Shown: positions 59,623-64,000 of the stretch, piece after piece
Layout: every line of letters begins with the position of its first letter
Numbering within the stretch: position 1 is the first letter of the stretch
Source of the DNA: Amoebophrya sp. A120
Lineage: Eukaryota; Protista; Dinoflagellata
Direction of reading: 5' to 3'
Assembly: GCA_905178155.1 (NCBI GenBank)
Contig: CAJINV010000001.1
Location: 8,091,599 to 8,155,598, forward strand
DNA length: 64,000 nucleotides
Notes under the pieces: model-generated
Told to the model about the DNA's origin: nothing
Databases searched by the model: none
Seen by the model: only the letters and a program-made list of their open reading frames with translations
Translations under genes and position numbers: made by a program

Positions 59623-62600
59623 TTAGTTTCTCTTTTTTGCCAGAAACCACAAAAGTTGTGGCCACGGCAGTACGTTCTTGCAGCCGCCTGTTCGTTCTCC
59701 TCCGTCCTTGCATCCTTCGGTTCCAAAATCCCACCGCGGATCTGTCGTCAAACACTCCCCGCGGCAGAGGATTTTTTTACGCCGGTCTTCCCCTCCGTCG
59801 CACACAGATCATATCGTAAGGAAAAATCCCCCCTCCCCATATCGATATTAAGGCAGATCTCAGAAAATTTCTCATGCTGATTTGTGACCACAAATCGCAT
59901 CTGTGATGCAAGAAAGCGACGCCACAGGCTCGGCCCCATTATGCCGGCGGTGTGTAATGTTGTTGGGCCTACGCCTACGGCATAGACGTTCCTCATGCTA
60001 AGAAGTGCCTAGGCCAAAACCTCTCGACTCCGGCACGATATGGGCCTGCAGTCCTCTACTGCAAGGCAAATCTGATTTGTGTACGCAAATCCAGCATCAG
60101 AAATTTCGTTTCCATGTGGGGAGGGGGGATTTTTCCTTCTGATAGATCAGAGTTTTGCCCTTCGTCCCGGATCCACACGGACTGGTTCAGCTCGACGTGG
60201 TTGCGACAGTCGCTATGAACTGCAAATATATCTGGGTCTGGAAGATTGCTGAGGTTTGTGATGCTGTTTCTGCTTGACGCGGAAGGTGTGCCATGCAAGG
60301 CCTAGCATCACAGGTTTGCAGACGGTTTCCCAATGCTTAATCCGCATGGTAAACACCTTCGTTCGGCGACAGGAAAAGGAGCTGCTTTTGCTGTCTAAGC
60401 ATGACAGATTTTTGTGTGATCCAAGTATGCATCACAACTTCGCATCCTTGCAGGCCCAGACATTTTTGCATTTCATAGTCGCTAGCACAGCACGATTTGT
60501 AGGTCGTGTACATGTATTTCCCTGCATCCCCATCGCTGTTAATTTTTTTTGTTGGATTCATAAACTCTACTTTTTTCCACAGCATTTCCAATGCTGAACT
60601 CAAAAAGCAACACCGAAAGAGAAACAATAGCCCTCGACGACGAGGTGGGAAATCAGTATCAGAAACAGATGGTTCATTTTGTACATTTGGAAGCCCATGC
60701 ACTGGTTTCTGCTGTAGGTGATTCCACACTCGCGGGAACCATGGTACTCCGCTTCAGCTTCTGTCTTGTAAAAATGATCGGTACTAAGAATTACACTGGA
60801 GCAGCACTTTGCCGCTCGCTTCACGGTGAACCAAAGCTTGGCGTCGAAATTCCCCTCGGAGGTGGCTTCCGCCCCGTGGCTCCCAACGGCGGGTTATCAG
60901 ATGCAAGTATGTCTGAGTTTCACGTGGATAACGAAAACATTTTCAAATCAGATGACAATAGGCGGGCAAGCACGAAAACTTGTTCTTGATGAGCTATGCG
61001 AAGTGCATTTTTCCGCATGTGAGAGTCATTCTTGCAACACGAACAAACGATGCGACTGCCACGTGACACTCTTCCGCATCATGCATGACAAACTCTACAC
61101 GACAGCCATGTCACGCGAATTACACAAGTTTTGCAACCTTTCAAACCCAGACATATTTGGGCAATGCGTACAGCTCGACGTTTTCCGAGATTTTCCTTTG
61201 CCGCAGTTTCTTTCGCTTGGACGTGACTCAAGTGGGTCTCCTTCTTCACCTGGTGCTTTTTTGCTGCAGCACCCACTGTGGCGGTTTCCTTTCTGATCTT
61301 TGCTTGTTCTTTTGTACTAGAAGATGATGCAGCTGCCTTCGTCTTCGATTTCGATTTCCTCTTTGTCTTGGTTTTTGATTTGGATGCGGAAGCTGAAGTT
61401 TTTGCTTTTGACGTCTTCTTGAGGCGGGTCTTGAGAAAAGATTTTTTCTTCGACGTTGTAGTTGTCTTTTTCACTACTTTTGAGGAGGTGCTCGCTCCGC
61501 TTTTCCTGCCTTTTGTTGCTGTGGACGCGAATTTTTGTGCAGCGCTTGATGTTCCGGTCTGACTCTGCTCTACGACCCCAGTTTTACTGTGCCCAGCACT
61601 ACTAGCAGCGCCCAGCGTCAAGCTCTTTGTCGTGAGTTGCCTCTGCTTCGACTTTGCTTTTCCTACAAGAAGTAGGCTATGCTTCTTGTTTCCGTGGTCT
61701 TTGTCCCCAACATCTTTCGCGGGCGGTTCTTGCTTTTCCATACCTTCGTCTGTGCTTTCGGCATCCTCATCCGTGCTATCTTGCGCTCGCTGCTCATCGT
61801 CAGAAGACTCGGAAGCCTGTTTTGGTTTTATTTTAAATTTCATCAGGATGAATTTACGTTGCGACTTTTTCCCAGTCGTGGTCCTGATCTGCATTTATGA
61901 GTCCTTGCCTTCCACATACATTGCAAACTGATATCCTTGCGATAAAAAAAAATAAAGCGAGCGCAATTTCAAGCACCTTATCTTTTTTTGCATCCTCTTG
62001 TCCGTGCGTCGCTGCAGCCTTTTTTCTATTCTTCTCATTGGCTTCGACCTTTTTCTCACCGCTTGTTTTGGCAATCACCACCGGCTTCTTGTGATTGATG
62101 TCTTTTCCATCAGCATCAGTCTTTGCAGCATTTGCGGCGGTCTTAGCTGCCGGAGCTTTTTTCTTGACGGGGAGATGGACCTTCTCGCTTTTCGCGTCCT
62201 TCTTGTTGACGCCAGTAGCTTCTGGTTTTTTCACGACTTTTGTTACAGGTTTGCTTTCCGGTGTCTCCTCCGCGTCAACGTCACCTTTCGCCGGACTGCT
62301 TTTGTCAGCATCCTTTTCTGCGTCGTCTTTTCCGAATAGCCAGTCGGTGAAGGGGTTCTTTTTACCGTGATAATATCGCGCTTTGACGCGTACCAGGGAC
62401 ACATCTTCATCGTCCTCTGTCACTTTCGGAATAGAGGCTTTACCTGTCTCGGAGTAGGAGATGAAAGCTGCTGCTGGCTGCGGTGGAGATGCAGATGCAG
62501 CATCTTTCTGTTTTTTGTTAGAAGCGGCAGGCGTTGGTCCTCTTCTGTTTAGCTTTTGCTGCACTACTCCCCGGGTCTCTTGGCCACGTATGCGAAGTTC

Positions 62601-62852
62601 GTCCAGATCGATGAAGTTTCTCGGGCGGAACACTTGTACAGTGTTAGGTTCGTACGGATTTTTCGGATTGTGCACCATGCCGCGCGGCATCGGCCATGGA
62701 GCGCTTTCCCCGAGGCAACATCTCGCAAAAACGAGAGCGTGGACGAGGAAAGAGACGAGTGTCCTCCGCGCGTGCGTTCGCTGGTGCGCGAGGGTGACGT
62801 CTAATTCACGGTTCCCGGAGAAGATGAAAGTCACCGACCTGGGGCGACGCAT
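59623..62852 (-). CDS. Probable secreted or surface protein with a Lys/Ser-rich body and Cys-rich C-terminus; 2 canonical introns and 3 introners, ~675 aa
   Basis: Hydrophobic LVSFLVHALVFARCCLG near the N-terminus. GT-AG introns 61817-61976 and 60536-60684, plus three introners, link five ORFs in frame. The last exon is ambiguous. Confidence 0.65.
59812..60144. mobile_element. Introner family B
   Basis: TIR tatcgtaaggaaaaatcccccctccccatat / atgtggggaggggggatttttccttctgata (28/31 match), with weaker inner inverted similarity. Direct repeat GATCA at 59807-11 and 60145-49. Confidence 0.88.
60214..60477. mobile_element. Introner family A, copy 4
   Basis: TIR tatgaactgcaaatatatctgggtctg / caggcccagacatttttgcatttcata, extending imperfectly to ~50 bp. 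Direct repeat GTCGC at 60209-13 and 60478-82. Removing 269 nt gives CCASD|CRNHVEL on the - strand. Confidence 0.9.
60895..61170. mobile_element. Introner family A, copy 5 (older and diverged)
   Basis: Ends tatcagatgcaagtatgtctgagttt / aaacccagacatatttgggcaatgcgta. Flanks cgggt and cagct match only 3/5. Removing 281 nt joins ORF 61079..61894 to the frame of ORF 60600..60824. Confidence 0.75.
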
Positions 62853-63507
62853 CGTCGTTTCGGGCGGACCGACGACCCGCGCCGACTAGGGCTGCCCGCC
62901 ACTCCTGCGCTGGGACCGTGGTGCTTTTGAATGGAGCCGTCTTTCTTCAGTCCACTACCATGACCGCCCCCGGTGCGCGGTGCTGTTCATCTTCTTTCAT
63001 CCGTTGGACATCAGATAATGAAACATCATTGCGCGGCTAGAGCGACAGCGAGAATGAAGATTTGATCAGACACAACGGGCGTGCGGTGAAACTCTCGAAG
63101 CGTGGTGTGTGATGAAACACAAATCGCCCCAAAACCCAACCTCATGCACACCCGCGGCGCTCCGTCAGTGGCCCTGGAGCAAGTGCAGCTTTGATTGACG
63201 GTTTGAAACTAAGAACACCGCTCTAGCTCCACTATGCAGCTGCTGTCATATTCCCAAGGAATTCGGGGCGCTCTTGACTTGCTCTAGTAGTTCACTCAAG
63301 CTCAACAGCATCTCTCGTCGCGCTCACTCAGTCGTATAACATTATTTTGTCGTCAGTCACCACCAGATAGATTCAGAATCAGAAGAACATCAACATTACA
63401 TTCTCATTGCATCTGCGACGACGAAAATGAATGAAGTAGCACATCCAGCAGCTTTTGCTTTTCAACCTGTAAACTCAGAGCGTGCTACTTCAACATTTGT
63501 TTACACC

Positions 63508-63999
63508 CTAAAGTTCCTCAATCGCCTCGAGCGTTCCTTCTAGTGGCAACGGTCCCTCTGCTGTTCTTTGAAACGACCCGCTCACGCTGGTTCCGTCTTC
63601 GCTAAACTGTAACGTGAACTTTTCGCTGGTCCACACCTGGACCCGGTCCGACTCGGCGTCCCCCGCTCGGATTTGCCACTCGGAGGCCCTCTGCTTCGTG
63701 TACGCTTCCAGATAAATCTCGTTCAAATCTTTAACGCGGGCCTCAATCTTAAATTGCTTGTCGTCCTCCACGGCTCGGAGATTCTTCCCCGTCAACGGGT
63801 AGGAGTAGCCCTTGAAAACTACGCAAAGTGGCTGCTTCGGCTGGCTGTCGCCCATGGGTTCCACGATGTCGATAAAAGTTGCGTTGTTCCACTGAATATC
63901 GACCTTGTAGGTCCGCTTCTTGCCGAGGGTTTCGAAGGAAAAGCACGGCTTCAAGGCAAGCAGCATTTCCAAATACAAAAACGCGTTGCCTCTTGCAGC
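63508..63999 (-). CDS. Hypothetical protein, probably 5'-partial
   Basis: The frame is open from the window end to TAG at 63508, with coding-like composition. No family recognised. Confidence 0.65.
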   Translation of the reverse strand, partial: AARGNAFLYLEMLLALKPCFSFETLGKKRTYKVDIQWNNATFIDIVEPMGDSQPKQPLCVVFKGYSYPLTGKNLRAVEDDKQFKIEARVKDLNEIYLEAYTKQRASEWQIRAGDAESDRVQVWTSEKFTLQFSEDGTSVSGSFQRTAEGPLPLEGTLEAIEEL

Positions 64000-64000
64000 T

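Noticed and set aside
59718-59786. Small imperfect inverted repeat with CGGT flanks as a 65-nt mini-introner
   Set aside because: The IR is short, and both a 39-nt GT-AG intron and the 343-nt register upstream explain the frame equally well. Left unresolved.
1-64000. Dinoflagellate spliced-leader relics, tRNA or rRNA genes, and an autonomous transposase
   Set aside because: None recognised by eye; covariance-model and HMM searches would be needed to exclude them.

Overview
This is eukaryotic, gene-dense genomic DNA of about 50% GC by eye. It has short GT-AG introns, and all genes from 1 to about 57.1 kb lie on the + strand. An AT-rich convergent switch region follows, then genes on the - strand. 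Unidirectional gene blocks, highly divergent proteins and non-canonical introns with inverted and direct repeats best fit a parasitic dinoflagellate such as Amoebophrya (Syndiniales); this is inference, not a search result. Recognisable genes are NOP14, a RAD5/HLTF-like SNF2-RING helicase, an FSH1/OVCA2-type serine hydrolase, a METTL7-like methyltransferase, a multi-PDZ-like repeat protein, an IQ-motif protein and a tandem pair of Zn-finger/ParB-like proteins. The main signal is several different routes of intron creation side by side. (1) Six MITE-like introners from two families interrupt coding frames; in the five family-A copies, removing the element plus 5 nt restores the frame without GT-AG ends, and family A occurs in both orientations relative to its host genes. 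(2) A perfect 74-bp exonic tandem duplication containing AG|GT could be spliced out as a newborn intron. (3) A 1.5-kb foldback insertion is flanked by a 44-bp duplication of a splice acceptor. The strand-switch region also holds three copies of a tiny palindrome-(GAAA)n module, each flanked by its own direct repeat. All gene models were assembled by hand by frame arithmetic and need RNA-seq confirmation.
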